Of a stretch of 64,000 nucleotides of DNA, positions 1 through 13,175 are shown one piece after another. Each line of letters starts with the position of its first letter. Within the stretch, counting starts at the first letter, position 1. The position numbers and the translations under genes are program-made. Under the pieces are notes generated by a model that did not search any database, had not been told where the DNA came from, and saw only the letters and a list, made by a program, of their open reading frames with translations. The stretch comes from Octopus sinensis (lineage: Eukaryota). Location of the stretch: positions 19,778,001-19,842,000 of the forward strand of contig NC_043008.1 of NCBI RefSeq assembly GCF_006345805.1. Reading direction: 5' to 3'.

Positions 1-525
1 GGTTTATTGGCCTTGATGGTTCGGTCTGTATGTACTGAAAATTCCCACAGAATGGTTACATTTTCTCCTTCAGTTACAGCCTCAGAGTGGTGATTATACC
101 ACTTGTCGGCAGTTTTGATATTGTAATGCCGACTTATTAGCCAGTGGAGATATTGGCCAACTCTGTCATGTCTTAATTTATACTCCACTGGTGCTAAGAC
201 TTTACATCCAGAGATTAGGTGGTCCACTGTTTCAATCATGTCGTTGCAGAATCGGCATTTTGGGTCTGCTCCATTTTTCATCACATTGGCCTGGTAGTTC
301 CGGGTTAATAGGCTTTGATCTTGAGCAGCCAAGATGAAACCTTCGCTCTCTGCTTTTAGCCCTGAGCTCCGTAGCCACTGATGGGTTTGCTTCTGGTCAA
401 CATCAGCTTGTTTGCTGCGGGTCACATATTTGCCGTGCAGAGGTTTCTCCTCCCACCTATCAGCCAATTGCTCGTGCGCTTTTTTCGTTGCCAACATTTT
501 CACCTTCTTTGCAACAATAGTTGCC

Positions 526-527
<2 letters not shown>
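1..527 (-). mobile_element. 5'-truncated R4/Dong-clade non-LTR retrotransposon fragment (CCHC zinc finger and start of restriction-like endonuclease), running off the window edge
   Basis: Manual minus-strand translation: KPLHGKY...WLRSSGLKAESEGFILAAQDQSLLTRNY...CRFCNDMIETVDHLISGC...RHDRVGQYLHW...ILWEFSVHTDRTIKANKP. This is the post-RT C-terminus of RLE-type elements. It abuts a (TTA)n tract. Confidence 0.9.
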
Positions 528-577
<50 letters not shown>

Positions 578-614
578 CATTACTATTATTATGATGATGA
601 TGATGATGATGATG

Positions 615-655
<41 letters not shown>

Positions 656-680
656 TATTATTATTATTATTATTACTATT

Positions 681-1316
681 CAGTAGTTTTATTTTTATAG
701 CGAGCTTTCACTTCACTACCGAGCGCAGCTCTGTGTGCCTTGGGTATGTGCTGTGATTTGTTGTGATGCTCTGATGGTTATTGTATGGAAAGTGTTCTGC
801 GTAGGATGTGTGCAGTGCCTAGTAGTGCAATTTTCTGTATGTTATATGCGTTTGTAAGTCCTGGTGTTTTTGTTATGTATTTGTCTGAATATTTTTTTAT
901 CATGCCTAATGCACCTACTATGATAGGAATTGTTTCTGTTTTCAGATTCCACATTCTAGTTACCTCTATTTCCAGGTCTTTGTATTTTGAGAGTTCTCCA
1001 TTTCTTTTAGAGACACGTTGTCATCAGCCGGTATTGATACATCAATTAGAAAGCATTTTTTTTCTTCATGATCTCTGACAACTATATCTGATCTGTTGGC
1101 CTTAATTTCTCTATCTGTGTGTATCGGCATATCCCAGAGTATGGTTGCTTCTCATTTTCTGTGACCTTTTCTGGTGTGTGCCTATACCATCTTTTTTCTG
1201 TTGTTGTTCCATTATTATTACTATTATTATTATTATATTATTATATTATTATTATTATTATTATTATTATATTATTATTATCATTACTATTATTATGATG
1301 ATGATGATGATGATTA

Positions 1317-1348
<32 letters not shown>

Positions 1349-1912
1349 TATTATTATTATTATACTATTCAGTAGTTTTATTTTTATAGCGAGCTTTCAC
1401 TTCACTACCGAGCGCAGCTCTGTGTGCCTTGGGTATGTGCTGTGATTTGTTGTGATGCTCTGATGGTTATTGTATGGAAAGTGTTCTGCGTAGGATGTGT
1501 GCAGTGCCTAGTAGTGCAATTTTCTGTATGTTATATGTGTTTGTAAGTCCTGGTGTTTTTGTTATGTATTTGTCTGAATATTTTTTTATCATGCCTAATG
1601 CACCTACTATGATAGGAATTGTTTCTGTTTTCAGATTCCACATTCTAGTTACCTCTATTTCCAGGTCTTTGTATTTTGAGAGTTTCTCCATTTCTTTTAG
1701 AGACACGTTGTCATCAGCCGGTATTGATACATCAATTAGAAAGCATTTTTTTTCTTCATGATCTCTGACAACTATATCTGATCTGTTGGCCTTAATTTCT
1801 CTATCTGTGTGTATCGGCATATCCCAGAGTATGGTTGCTTTCTCATTTTCTGTGACCTTTTCTGGTGTGTGCCTATACCATCTTTTTTCTGTTGTTGTTC
1901 CATTATTATTAC

Positions 1913-1963
<51 letters not shown>

Positions 1964-1997
1964 CATTACTATTATTATGATGATGATGATGATGATG

Positions 1998-2053
<56 letters not shown>

Positions 2054-2586
2054 TCAGTAGTTTTATTTTTATAGCGAGCTTTCACTTCACTACCGAGCGC
2101 AGCTCTGTGTGCCTTGGGTATGTGCTGTGATTTGTTGTGATGCTCTGATGGTTATTGTATGGAAAGTGTTCTGCGTAGGATGTGTGCAGTGCCTAGTAGT
2201 GCAATTTTCTGTATGTTATATGTGTTTGTAAGTCCTGGTGTTTTTGTTATGTATTTGTCTGAATATTTTTTTATCATGACTAATGCACCTACTATGATAG
2301 GAATTGTTTCTGTTTTCAGATTCCACATTCTAGTTATCTCTATTTCCAGGTCTTTGTATTTTGAGAGTTTCTCCATTTCTTTTAGAGACACGTTGTCATC
2401 AGCCGGTATTGATACATCAATTAGAAAGCATTTTTTTTCTTCATGATCTCTGACAACTATATCTGATCTGTTGGCCTTAATTTCTCTATCTGTGTGTATC
2501 GGCATATCCCAGAGTATGGTTGCTTTCTCGTTTTCTGTGACCTTTTCTGGTGTGTGCCTATACCATCTTTTTTCTGTTGTTATTCC
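681..2586 (-). mobile_element. Three tandem 5'-truncated R4/Dong 3' ends (681-1210, 1370-1901, 2055-2586) separated by compound (TTA)n/(GAT)n tracts
   Basis: ORFs 1467-1820 and 2152-2505 give ANRSDIVV..CFLIDVSIPADDN..EKLSKYKDL..LLGTAHILRRTL (PD-D-type endonuclease) followed by a ~95-nt 3' UTR. Period 689 and 685 bp, same truncation point. The first copy is frameshifted. Confidence 0.92.
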
Positions 2587-2597
2587 ATTATTATTAC

Positions 2598-2657
<60 letters not shown>

Positions 2658-2795
2658 CATTATTATTATTATTATATAATCATTACAGCTATAGGGTAAA
2701 AAATTATTAATTTAATAAAATTAACAAATTTTACCAATAGGTTTTCGATATGGAAAAGAACCATATTCGATAATACAACAAGTTTTTTTATATAT

Positions 2796-2944
2796 AATTA
2801 TAAAAATAATTAAGGGTTTAACAAATAGTTGCTTGACCACATACTGAAAATTTTGGAAATAGCAGCCAAAATGTTGCTATTTCTAAAGTTTTAAGTATGT
2901 GGTCAATCAACTTGTTGCTAAACCCTTAATTATTGTTATAATTG
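2796..2944. repeat. Imperfect inverted repeat, ~70-bp arms with a 10-nt loop
   Basis: ATAATTAAGGGTTTAACAAATAGTTGCTTGACCACATACTGAAAATTTTGGAAATAGCA matches the reverse complement of TGCTATTTCTAAAGTTTTAAGTATGTGGTCAATCAACTTGTTGCTAAACCCTTAATTAT; loop GCCAAAATGT at 2865-2874. Confidence 0.85.
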
Positions 2945-3022
2945 TGTGTGTATATATATTTATATATGTATAATGCACGAGTTATTCGCTATCAGAATTG
3001 TTCGAAAACCGAGGTACTACTA

Positions 3023-3069
<47 letters not shown>

Positions 3070-3341
3070 GTATATATATATATATATATACATACACAGT
3101 GTTGTCCAAACGTCACCCGACAATAAATCAAAATTCCAAATATACTTACTGTAAATTTGTATTAACTCGAATGGAAAAATGTATCGCTCAAGGACTTCGG
3201 TTTCAATAACTTTCATATTTAGATGCTTTTATTAAAATTCATTCATTCGTCAAACAGATAAATCTTGGAGTTAAATTGTTTTGATTTACTGCCAGGTGAC
3301 TTTTGACACACATACACACACACCCACACACACAAACACAC

Positions 3342-3385
<44 letters not shown>

Positions 3386-3429
3386 GTGTGTTTGTGTGTG
3401 TACCAAAATGAGACAAGAGCTCAAAACAT

Positions 3430-4085
3430 CTAGACAGTTAGATGATACTAAAACGGGACAACAAAACATCCAGACAGACGGTACGAAAAAAACAAGGACG
3501 GGTCTTTCGGAGTTTTCTTTCTTCAGTCGAGTTCCTCATTATCTTTGCAATTTCGCCTGATTATACTCGAGATTGCTCCAATCTGGCCAGCCACAAAAAA
3601 AAACTAATCTAAGAGCACCAGATTCCTTGGAAGAAAGGAGCGAATATAACAAGGACGGAAAAACGGAGAAATAGTACACAAATACAAATAACAGTACATT
3701 AACAACAGGTGTCTTTCGACTAAGGCCGAAGTGAATTAATCTGGCGTGTGTGGATGTGCAGCCCCACGACAGGGACATACGATATTACAGTCATAGGGAG
3801 GAATATATATGTGTTGCACGGAAAGAAAGAACCAAGAAAGAATGGTCAGGCTTGGCCGAACACCGTTCGCGTGGGAGAGAAGAAAGAAAGGTAGAGGCAG
3901 AGGGATAGAAGAATTAGGAAGCGACGAGAAAAAAGAAAAGGGACAGAGTGAAGTGAAAGAGGAAGGAAGGTGAGAATGAAGAGAAGGGTAGGAAATGTGA
4001 GAGAATGGAAAATGAAGAAGAGTGGAAAGAACGAAGTGTGAAGGGGCTGATAAAAAGAAGGAAAGAATGAAAGAATAATAGAGTG
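3430..4085 (-). mobile_element. Unclassified interspersed repeat, possibly a Penelope-like terminal region
   Basis: Complex sequence between microsatellites, pyrimidine-rich on the minus strand, with a degenerate CTGAAGA...GAAA motif at 3495-3530. No recognisable protein. Confidence 0.35.
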
Positions 4086-4163
4086 GTACATAATTTATAT
4101 ATATATATATATATATATGTACATACATTTAAGAGACCAAAGTGTACGTACACTACTATATAC

Positions 4164-4196
<33 letters not shown>

Positions 4197-4876
4197 ATAT
4201 TATATATATATATACATGTATATATATGTTCAAATATATTACATATATACACTTATACATATACATATACATGTATACATATATATACATATATATATAT
4301 ATATATGTATACATGCACGTATATATATTTATATGTATGTATATGTATATATATGAATTCTTAACGTCATACGTCAAATACATAATTTGAATATATTTTG
4401 AACTCAAGGAAATACGCAGGAAGTACGAAAACAATGCCTATAATTAATTGGAATTACCTGTTAAAGCTAATCTTATGAAATGCTAAATAAACCATCTAGC
4501 TTAGAATGCTTTGAAAACCAGAATCATAATTCATTTTGTGTAGAATCAAAATCAACAATCAGCTATTTTCATCTCAAGTAAATGAAATTGTGAAAAGCGA
4601 GACAGTTTAGAATTATGAGCGTTTGAAATTGGCCCTACACTGTAATTGTAAGAGTACAGTTTAGTTGGCGCCGTTGCTATCTATACATGAAGTTGAGTAT
4701 TGAAAAAGATGACACATTTTTAGAACATGAGTGTAAACAAGAGTTTGTATAACCCGTGCTGATCATAGCAGTATTAAAGTGCAGAAACTGCTAAATGCCA
4801 TGGGTAATGACAATTTGAACTCAAAGCGTAAAAACTTGAAATATACTGTTCATCGTGTTGCCCGGCCAGCTAACGA

Positions 4877-5563
4877 TTCTTTTATACTCTAGACACAAGG
4901 CCCGAAATTTTTGGGGAGGGGAGCCAGTCGATTATATCGACCCCAGTACACAACTGGTACTTAATTTATCGACCCCGAAAGGATGAAAGGCAAAATCTAA
5001 CTCGGCTGAATTTGAACTCAGAAGTGAAGAACGCTATGCATTTAGCCGGGCGTGCTAACGTTTCTGCCAGCTCGCTGCCTTTGTTGTGTATTAATTAACG
5101 TATTTTTTTGCTATGATAAAATTTTCACCTGAGTCTCTTTGCTGTGACTTCAATTTTGGCCAGCAATGTCGTGGAAGGAATTATGTCGATCACATTGACC
5201 ACAGTACATGACTGATACTTATTTTATCGACCCTGAAGGATGAAAGGCAAAGTCAACCTCGGCAGAATTTGGACGCAGAACGTAAGTACGGACGAAATTT
5301 CGCTAAACATTTTGTCCGGCATGCTAACGGTTCCATCAACTTGCAGCCTTCATGTGTATTTAATATCGATTTCAAGTTTTGGTGCAAGGCTAGTAATTTC
5401 ATGGAGTGGGTCACTCGATTACATCGACCTCAGTACTAAACAGGTACTTAGTTTATCGACCCCGAAATGATGAAATGTTAAGTCGATCTCAGAACATAAA
5501 GATGGACGAAATGCTGCCTATCATTTTGCCGGTGTGCTAACGATTCTGCCAGCTAACCGCCTT
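4877..5563 (-). mobile_element. Three adjacent tRNA-derived SINEs with a Meta-type central domain
   Basis: Minus-strand head GGCRGCGAGCTGGCAGAAACGTTAGCAC, B-box GAGTTCAAATTC and core TTGCCTTTCATCCTTTCGGGGTCGATAAA, repeated three times. Confidence 0.85.
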
Positions 5564-5781
5564 ACGTGTACTAAATTTAAAAATAAAAAATAAACAATAC
5601 TTAAACTTTGTTGGATATTATACGATATAACTCATATATAACTTAATTCCTGAAGAATCCAAATTTAAAATGTATTATAAGCCTATTGACTTCCAGTCAG
5701 TAACATTTTGAAACAGCTTGTCTAAATAATGATTCAATATCTTAGTGGGGTTAACAGGATCAACCTACTTTAACGACAATG

Positions 5782-6076
5782 TTTGTTCCTTCTCAAGCCA
5801 TGCCTGTCTAATAGGGACGGTTTCTCGGTTTCCTTAGCGTATAGATTCCCCACCTGGACGAGACGCCGGTCCATCGCAGGTGAGCTGCAAGATGCAGGAG
5901 GCAAGAGCGAAAGTTGTGGCGAAAGTCAGCAGAAATCCGCCATTACCTTCTGCCGGATCCGCGTGGAGTTTAGGTGTTTCGCTCATAAACACACAAATCG
6001 CCCGGTCTAAGATTCGAACCCGCTATCCCTCGACCGCGAGTCCGCTGCTCTAACCACTAGGCCATGTGCCTCCACA
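5782..6076 (-). mobile_element. tRNA-derived SINE with V-domain-like motif
   Basis: Head TGGCCTAGTGGTTAGAGCAGCGGACTCGCGGTC..GGTTCGAATC and internal CCTGCGATGGACCGGCGTCTCGTCCAG. A related copy lies at 32110-32356. Confidence 0.8.
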
Positions 6077-6476
6077 CTTTAACGACATACAACACTTAAA
6101 TTGACAAGGAGGTTTTAATCAAAACCCAGTGAACTATTAACAATATGGTATTCAATTATTAATTCTATGTAGATTCGTACTTTTATTTTGTACGAATTCC
6201 CTGTACTCATTTGATTAACAAATATTTTCTATTTGTGATTTAATTTGTATATGTATATATGTATTTATGTATATATGATTATTCGTATTCATAAAAGTTT
6301 GTATGTAGGTACGTACCTGTGTTAGCTCTCAGATTTGCGGACGTATCTATCGTGGAAATGCATTATTTGGTGTGTAAGCATATAACTAAAGGTGAAGGAA
6401 TTGTGTGCGTAAAAGTTGTATACCGTCGTATATGTGCGTATACGTATGAAACTGTTTCTATGTATTTTGTGAAGAA

Positions 6477-6818
6477 TAAAATTATTTGAATGATACAACA
6501 ATGCACTATAATATAGACAATGGAAAGGATCGATGGGCCACGCTTTCGCGGTCCGTATTCGTACTGTTGTAATTTAGTCATCAATAGTCTGATATGATAT
6601 TTCGGAATAATATCTGTTCTTCATATATTCTTAGATGGAGTCGTTGCTATAATCGGCTTTCCAATGGCTTTTCTTGTTTATTATAAAATCTGAGAATATC
6701 TGAAGAAGGAATATTATTCCGAAATATCATATCAGACTATGGATAACTAAATTACAACAGGTATGTGGCCCATTGTCTATATGATAGTGCATTGTTGTAC
6801 CATTCAAACATTTTATTC
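6477..6818. repeat. Long foldback inverted repeat (MITE-like), arms ~120-155 bp
   Basis: TTGAATGATACAACAATGCACTATAATATAGACAATG...TAGTCTGATATGATATTTCGGAATAATAT is mirrored by ATATTATTCCGAAATATCATATCAGACTA...CATTGTCTATATGATAGTGCATTGTTGTACCATTCAA around a ~55-bp spacer. Confidence 0.88.
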
Positions 6819-7671
6819 TTTAAAAACAATACCCAATGCTTCAAGCGAATTACAATAGTCTCTTACTATTTTGTGAATAAATCACTAGGTTTTGATTAAC
6901 AGCACCTAGTCTATTTAGGTGTTGTATGTTGTAAAGTAGACTGATCCTATGAACTCCACAACGACTGAAAATCGAATGTATAAAGTTCAGGTGAAATGAA
7001 AGAGCTGCATTGCGAATGTTTGATACTATGAATCTTGTATAATGTATAAAAGTTCGATGAAGTTCTAATTCAAATATTTGACGTTCCATGCCATATATTG
7101 TTTGTATCATTAAATTCGACGAACATTCACTTGATCTCACATGTTAAAGTTCATCAGAAAACGCTAATGTAACACTAGAAATCAGGCTGGAAACATCTCA
7201 AGTTTTAAAAGAATTATTGACTAAATTCCAACGATTAAGTAATGCGTAGCTGACGTAGTAGCGACCACTGTTCAATGAGGGTTAAGCGTATGATGAGCTG
7301 ACTGAGTTCACCTGCCACTTTGTACTGTCATTGCGTATCACCGACGGCAAAAACGTCATTTGGAAAGATAGGATGTTGATGACATTTATTCATTTCCCCT
7401 CTTTTAAATTATGAAGAGAGATAACAAATCAATACAAATGATAATTATTGTTATGCATAATATTCTCTCATTCATCACCATAAATTTCTAGCAGAGCAGC
7501 AGCAGCATAATTAAAGGCATTTTAAATTCAGTGCTCAACTTAATTTTCTGAATGACAACCCGACAGCTAACTAAGATTGTTTCTAAATCGGTTGCGAACG
7601 AATGTAAGCACAAGCAACAATTTCCATTAGACTTTCTGTTCCTATATAAAGATAATAAATGAATTATTATA

Positions 7672-7808
7672 GGCGCAGGCGTGGTGGTGTGGTAAGAAGC
7701 TTGCTTACGAACCACATGGTCCCGGGTTCAGTATCACTGCGTGGCACCTTGGGCCGACCAGAGCCTTGTGAATGGATTTGGTAGACGGAAACTGAAAGAA
7801 GCCCGTCG

Positions 7809-7859
<51 letters not shown>

Positions 7860-8095
7860 ATGTGTGTGTGTGTGTGTGTGTATGTTTGTATGTCTGTGTT
7901 TGTCCCCTCAACATCGCATGACAACCGATGCTGGTGTGTTTACGTCCCCGTCACTTAGCGGTTCGGCAAGATAGACCGATAGAATAAGTACTAGGCTTAC
8001 GAAGAATAAGTCCTGGGTTCGATTTACTCGACTAAAGGCGGTGCTCCAGCATGGCCGCAGTCAAATAACTGAAACAAATAATATAATAAAAGATT
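7672..8095 (+). mobile_element. Full-length tRNA-derived SINE with CORE-like domain and central (TA)n/(TG)n
   Basis: Head GGCGCAGGCGTGG..GGGTTCAG, internal microsatellite, 3' half ending GGCCGCAGTCAAAT.ACTGAAAC. Many other copies in the window. Confidence 0.88.
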
Positions 8096-10292
8096 AAAGA
8101 ATGATGTTATCGATTTAGGTAATAAAGGAATAATTAAAATCTATATGCTAAGCTAAATGTTGATATAATTCCCCACAAAGGGTTTAACTGAAAATATAAA
8201 CCAACAGTATAAATTTCTTGTTGACTTATACATCTACGTGGTAAATGCAACCATTACGTTGATCGTCTCTTCTGTGGTATTTATCCATGTGATACGAAAA
8301 TGGGTAAGCTGTTGAATATAGGATAAAGAGTACTAGGTAGGCAAATGTACCCGAACGTCTATAACAATTTGAACATGTGTAGGTATATCCATTACTCAAT
8401 ACCCATATTTTTTTCTATTTTGCGCTTTTGGTACATTGAGAAATAATGATGTGTAGAACACAGGAGCATATAGAATCCCTTTTATCACGCCACTTCACCA
8501 TACCCTGGTTAACTTTAGTATTGCTTTCATTATTTGAAGACCGATTGTAATGCCTTGAAGACTATTGAAAGAGGACACCAAAGTAGATTAAGAAAAGCAT
8601 GACAAAGACGTGGAAACGTTATGGATAAAGCAGGAAGAGATGGATGAAGAAGACAATGAGAACAAGCGAAAAAGGAAAAGAAAGATAAATTCTTTTCATA
8701 TATTGCAATATTTTTATTTTCATTTCTTTGCGACATATTACAAAATTGTATTTCCCCGATAATCGTGACAAGTCTGAAACGCAAGCAGTATAATGAACAC
8801 GATTGTCAAACAATACGTTTTGTTCTTTGCTTCGGAGAGTTTTCAGCATTTTCTCTCCTTCCCTCTCTCTCTTCATGTCGCGTTTTGCTATCGGGAACCA
8901 ATTTTCTTCGAATTCAGACCTAAACACACGCGCACAGCACCTCATGTCGTCACATACGTAAATATATGAGAAATTACATATGTCAGTTTTTTTCACTGTT
9001 TATTTCAAATATAAGATATTTAGCAATTTTTTTCGCGATATATCAACACGTATTAAGTTATTTTCCTACAGCTTTTCAACCAAAATACCGTACTACAACA
9101 AAATGGATTGAAAATGCTAAAATATGAGCATATTAAAACATTATTTTATCATGTTCAACTATAAAAATGCAACCCAGGATTTTTTCTTAAGTTTCAAATA
9201 TGTTAGGTATAAAAACACGGGTATGAACAACATCACGCACACAAACATAGAATGATCGTACTATAAGTATATGTTTGTGTGTAACCACACTTCTAAACAG
9301 CCTTTTTTGATAAATCTAAAATAAGATAAGATAAAAGATTCAAATTTGAAATTTAAACTATTTTTGACTGAGATATTGGTTTTTAGTCTTCATTTTAAAG
9401 AATATCTTTGCTTCAAACCCACATGACCTTTTCTGTATCTGTCATTCGCTTCTTTATTCATCCTGTAAAAAATTTTAGTCTTTTATTGATTTCTTTATCA
9501 TATTCACCCGCAAGTCTTCTCGTTGTTGTCACGGTTTTGTTGTAACCATTGTGATTTTAAAGACATTGTTACATTGTAGAAGGAAGACAATACCAAATAT
9601 TTTAACATGACACTCTTTGCTATTTTTCAATTTTATTATGCTAAAAACTTTATTGAACGTTTTGATGTTATGTCATCTATTTCGATTTTGGCTGAAATAT
9701 ATAAACTTGTAAATGTAACATAAACGGTATTGCTTGAAGCGCTGTTTCTGCCTGCAGATATAGATGTGAAAAGAAATGCGTTTTGAACTCAGGGATGCAG
9801 TTTGACCACAGGTAGAAAAATTCAAGCTTATATCCTGCTCGGGCAACACATCCTGCAACGTAACCGAACAATCATCAGATCTTTTCTTCATTTCGGTTTC
9901 AAAGTGCATAATTATTTTTTACCACTGTAATGTGCTTGATTAGCGATATTTTGTGAAAGTCTTCCAAATGAGAACGGTTTGGAAGTGAGAAGTGGAAAAG
10001 ATTCAGAATGGCTAATTGTACCTGCTCTTTCTTCTATATTCTGCTCAATATAGGCAGAATGTACTATACACTTGGCACACAACTCAAACCTGCCAGGATA
10101 AGTGCTAAAACTGAAGAAACGTCGGTATGGATACCTAAACTTCATTCTACATATGATTCCATGTATTATCCGATTGCATCAGGAATGTCAGACAATTACC
10201 GACATTTTCATTAAACCATATGAGGATTTCCTACTCCCTTGCACTGAATAATCTCTGGATACACCCCGTCAGCTTTTGGTACATCAATGCCA

Positions 10293-10393
10293 CATTTGGT
10301 AGACGGAAACTGAAAGAAGCCCGTCGTATATATGTATATGTATATATATATGTGTGTGTTTGTGTGCTTATATATATATATATATATATATGT

Positions 10394-10439
<46 letters not shown>

Positions 10440-10635
10440 TGTGTTTGTACCCCCTCAAACTTCGCTTGACAACCGATGCTGGTGTGTTTACGTTAACTGT
10501 AACATAGTGGTTCGACAAAATAGCCCGATAGAATAAGTACTTGGCTTACAAAGAATAAGTCCTGGGATCGATTTCCCCGACGAAAGCCGATGTTCCAGGA
10601 TGGCCACAGTCAAATGACGTAAACAAGTAAGAGTA
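10293..10635 (+). mobile_element. 5'-truncated copy of the CORE-like SINE
   Basis: TTTGGTAGACGGAAACTGAAAGAAGCCCGTCG, microsatellite, then the 3' half as in 7672-8095. Confidence 0.85.
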
Positions 10636-11267
10636 GAAGTGTAAAAGAGCATATACACATATACGTACACACATACAACCGCATTTATTTATGTACATAT
10701 GCGACCGTCTTCATATATGCATGCGATTATATATATATGTGTGTGTGGTGTGTGTATGGTGTGCGTGTCTTTTACTGATATATAGTTAGATATGTAATAA
10801 ATTATAACTAATAAATACGTGTGTGGAAATTCACCACACTGATGACTGCTTAAATAGCCGTGAAATCACATAAAAGTTTACCTGCGACCATTTTGAATTT
10901 TTCAGAATAAATGAAAACATATGTTGTAATGAATGCGCTAACATCAAAAATATACTAAAATCTTTCATGATATCTGTCAAGTGTTATATCCATTAATTTT
11001 GTTACGGCTTATATCACTTTGAATGGGATTGAAAGTAATTCTAATTGTAAATCGCAATCCGTATCCGTTAAAGTTTGCTTCACTGGAAACAAATTTATAA
11101 TGGAAATTCATTTGAAAAATACTTGACGGGAAATATCTTTGCATGCTTTATGGGATTATAGATATCTTATTGTCGATAGAATAGTTTGAGTCTGTATATT
11201 TTTAATATATTCATTTACATGCTACACAGTTAAGTAGAATAGATGTCAATAATACAAATGTAAAGAC

Positions 11268-11780
11268 GCAGGCGTGGGTTTGCTTCTCAACCACACGGGG
11301 CCGTGTTCAGTCCCACTGCGTGACACCTCCAAGTGTATTTTACTGTAGAGCCGGGCCGAGTGAAGACTTGTGAGTGGATTTAGTAGACGGAAACTGAAAG
11401 AAGCATATCTGTCTATCTATACCCAGTATACCCATCATGACTACCCGTCTGATAAGCGTACACCAGGCACATGCATCACAACCATATGTGCGCGACATGG
11501 TGATCTCCTATCAAGATAAACAGCACATGACTTTGCAGGTGGGGCCTAGTTAGAATTTTGTTCTGGTCGAGTAGCCCATCCCGCTTAAAAGGTCTCTGAG
11601 TAAGGATTGTTTAAGGATGTTGGACGAACCACCCATGTTTCCAAAGGTGAATTATCCAAACGTCCAAGAATTCCCCTACTACTTCTGCTCGTGGTCAGAG
11701 GTGCACATATCGTCAGCCACTAACGGACATAGTCAACTGGTAAGGTCCAACAACTGACAAGCAAATGTGTGGTTTTGACA

Positions 11781-11817
<37 letters not shown>

Positions 11818-11910
11818 TATATATTACGACGGGCTTCTTTCAGTTTCCACGCACTGGGACTGAACCCGGAAGCATGCCGTTCGTAAGCAAACAACTTACC
11901 ACACAGCCAC
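11268..11910. mobile_element. CORE-like SINE head (+), a minus-strand fragment of the long Dong 3' UTR (about 11420-11782), and a second SINE head fragment (-)
   Basis: SINE head at 11268-11405. 11420-11782 is the reverse complement of the internal part of the repeat at 21285-21840. 11826-11910 is a partial SINE head on the minus strand. Confidence 0.8.
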
Positions 11911-12429
11911 TCCTACGTCTATATATATATATATTATATATATATATATGTATATATATATGTATGTATATATATATGAATATATATATTGCATATATAT
12001 ATTATTTATGTTCATTTACATACCTATATACACAAGCAAATGTATATGAGCATGCACACAAACATGTTCAAACACAGACTTCTTTTTTAAAACAGTCCCT
12101 TATGTACGCAATTTACATGCCAGAGAGAGAGAGAGGGGGGGACCGCGTGTGTCTGGGGGTATCTATAACACAGCCTCAATTAATCTCGCATATTATAGGC
12201 CCTTTATACCTAACAGCTCTCAAGAAAACGAAACAAATTAGAGATACGAATGGAAAGCAACACTATAGTGCCTCTCCTTGCTATGTCTGTGTTAACAATA
12301 TTTACCTCCCTTGTAGAGTAATATCGATTCATCACTCAATCTTCTAGAAAAAGACACCATATACCACAAACCATTTTCTAGTGTTTGAAACAATTTATAT
12401 ATATATTGGATAAATTAGTGTAATAAATA

Positions 12430-12563
12430 CAATTATAAAAGCTTATACGCCTCCCTATATCTTGTAAATATATATATACTATATATATATATATATATAT
12501 TATAATATACGTGTATATATACATATATTATTATATACGTATATATACATATATATATAATAA

Positions 12564-12601
<38 letters not shown>

Positions 12602-13012
12602 ATATGTATATGTATATTTATACATATATACATAAATATTATATATAATATATATATACGTATATATACATATATATATATAAATAAATATGTATATATA
12701 TATATATATTATATACATATATATACATATAATATCATAAATACATATATATATATGTGTGTATATTATATGTATATTTATACATATATACATAAATATA
12801 TATATATATATATATATATACGTATATATACATATATATATATATAAATAAATATGTATATATATATATATATATATATACATATATATACATATATATA
12901 TATAAATACATATATATATATATGTTTGTATATGTATATGTATATTTATACATATATACATACATAATATATATATATATATATACGTATATATACATAT
13001 TATATATAAATA

Positions 13013-13052
<40 letters not shown>

Positions 13053-13078
13053 GTGTGTGTGTATGTATATGTATATTT

Positions 13079-13141
<63 letters not shown>

Positions 13142-13175
13142 ATATATACATAGATACATACATATACATACGTGA
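12430..13175. repeat. Long (TA)n-based compound microsatellite with recurring internal motifs
   Basis: TATACGTATATATACAT and TATGTATATTTATACATATATACAT each recur four to five times. Confidence 0.9.

Noticed and set aside
3495-3532. CTGAAGA...CTCCGAAA hammerhead-like motif on the minus strand
   Set aside because: Stems I and III do not pair properly and stem II is mismatched; at best a decayed ribozyme.
9670-10290. Complex non-repetitive segment with protein-like short frames
   Set aside because: All frames are broken by stops and I recognise no motif; possibly an old transposon, but not supportable.
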